A stretch of 64,000 bases of DNA, from the NCBI RefSeq assembly GCF_049554935.1, contig NZ_CP186926.1:1248001-1312000 (forward strand), in the 5' to 3' direction. Shown here in pieces: positions 63,242-64,000 of the stretch (its first letter is position 1; every line of letters starts with the position of its first letter). This DNA comes from Methanocaldococcus indicus (GTDB taxonomy: Archaea; AGJL01; Methanococci; Methanococcales; Methanocaldococcaceae). Position numbers and translations under genes: made by a program. The notes beneath the pieces are model-generated. The model was given only the letters and a program-made list of their open reading frames with translations. It did not search any database and was not told the DNA's origin.

Positions 63242-64000
63242 ATGGACCCAATTGAATTTATACAGCAATCTGCAAGCTCTATTGCAAATACTATGCATAA
63301 ACTTAAATTAAAATATAATCCATTTTCAGAAAAACCTATTAGAGGAAACACAAAATTTTTTGTTGGAAGAGTGAGTGAGCTTAGAGAAATTGGGGAAATA
63401 TTAGGTTCTGCAATGCATGGAAGTGTTGCTAATGCTGCAATAGTAGGAACAAAGGGAATTGGTAAAAGTTCTATGCTAAATATTATTTACTATGCTACTA
63501 AAAAACAAGGTCATTGGGTTGTTGAATTAACAGCTTCTCAAATAACTCCAAGACAGTTCTTAATTCAACTTTTATATAATATATTAACTGAGAATGTATT
63601 AACAATAAGTGGAAATATTAAATCTGAATATATGGAATATTCTCCTAAAATTTTAGAGATGTATAAAAAATTAAATAACTATGGTGATAAAGTTCCTATC
63701 CACTATCCAAGAGAGAGAATTGAAAGAGATTTAGAATTTTTAATAAATACTGTAAAGAGTCATGATAAACTATGTATCATTTTAATAGATGAAGCAGACC
63801 AATTTGCAAAAAAGAGCTGTCTATCTTTATTACAATTCTTCCATTCTTTTTTATATGAAGAAGGAATTTTAACTTTTTTAGCAGGCTCACCAACATTAAT
63901 GGATGATTTAACAAAAATTTCACCTCCAATAAAGGATAGAATCCCAAAAATAATAAATATGCCACCACTTTCAAGAGATGAATCTTATGACTTAATAAGG
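63242..64000 (+). CDS. AAA/STAND-like ATPase (3' end outside window)
   Basis: NPF...FVGR, VGTKGIGKSS Walker A, ILIDEAD Walker B; absent from ORF track because it has no stop in the window. Confidence 0.85.
   Translation, partial: MDPIEFIQQSASSIANTMHKLKLKYNPFSEKPIRGNTKFFVGRVSELREIGEILGSAMHGSVANAAIVGTKGIGKSSMLNIIYYATKKQGHWVVELTASQITPRQFLIQLLYNILTENVLTISGNIKSEYMEYSPKILEMYKKLNNYGDKVPIHYPRERIERDLEFLINTVKSHDKLCIILIDEADQFAKKSCLSLLQFFHSFLYEEGILTFLAGSPTLMDDLTKISPPIKDRIPKIINMPPLSRDESYDLIR

Overview
AT-rich archaeal chromosome window whose proteins closely resemble Methanocaldococcus (hyperthermophilic Methanococcales); this assignment is from recalled homologues, not a search. Most of it is housekeeping: hisC, ABCE1, ribL, surE, leuS, sua5, elp3, intron-containing tRNA-Met, mcm, herA, FBP aldolase/phosphatase, hypA, moaC, trpE/trpF, bioB, truD, rps8e, wtpABC, cheY/cheC and a group 4 NiFe hydrogenase large subunit. 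Accessory or unannotated elements are: (1) a SpoIIM-Yip1-COG1361-ABC export locus (34.4-40.1 kb) with a GC-rich structured 5' leader, a tiny uORF, a signal-peptide stump where a secreted precursor gene seems deleted, and a second SpoIIM cassette remnant; (2) a 2520-aa mosaic beta-helix surface protein with very recent internal duplications and a compositionally foreign core; (3) an intact IS6 with a 9-bp target duplication and a TIR-bounded IS remnant; (4) a box C/D sRNA probably guiding 23S helix 69 methylation; (5) trpF apparently starting at ATA; (6) trpE split by a 1-nt frameshift.
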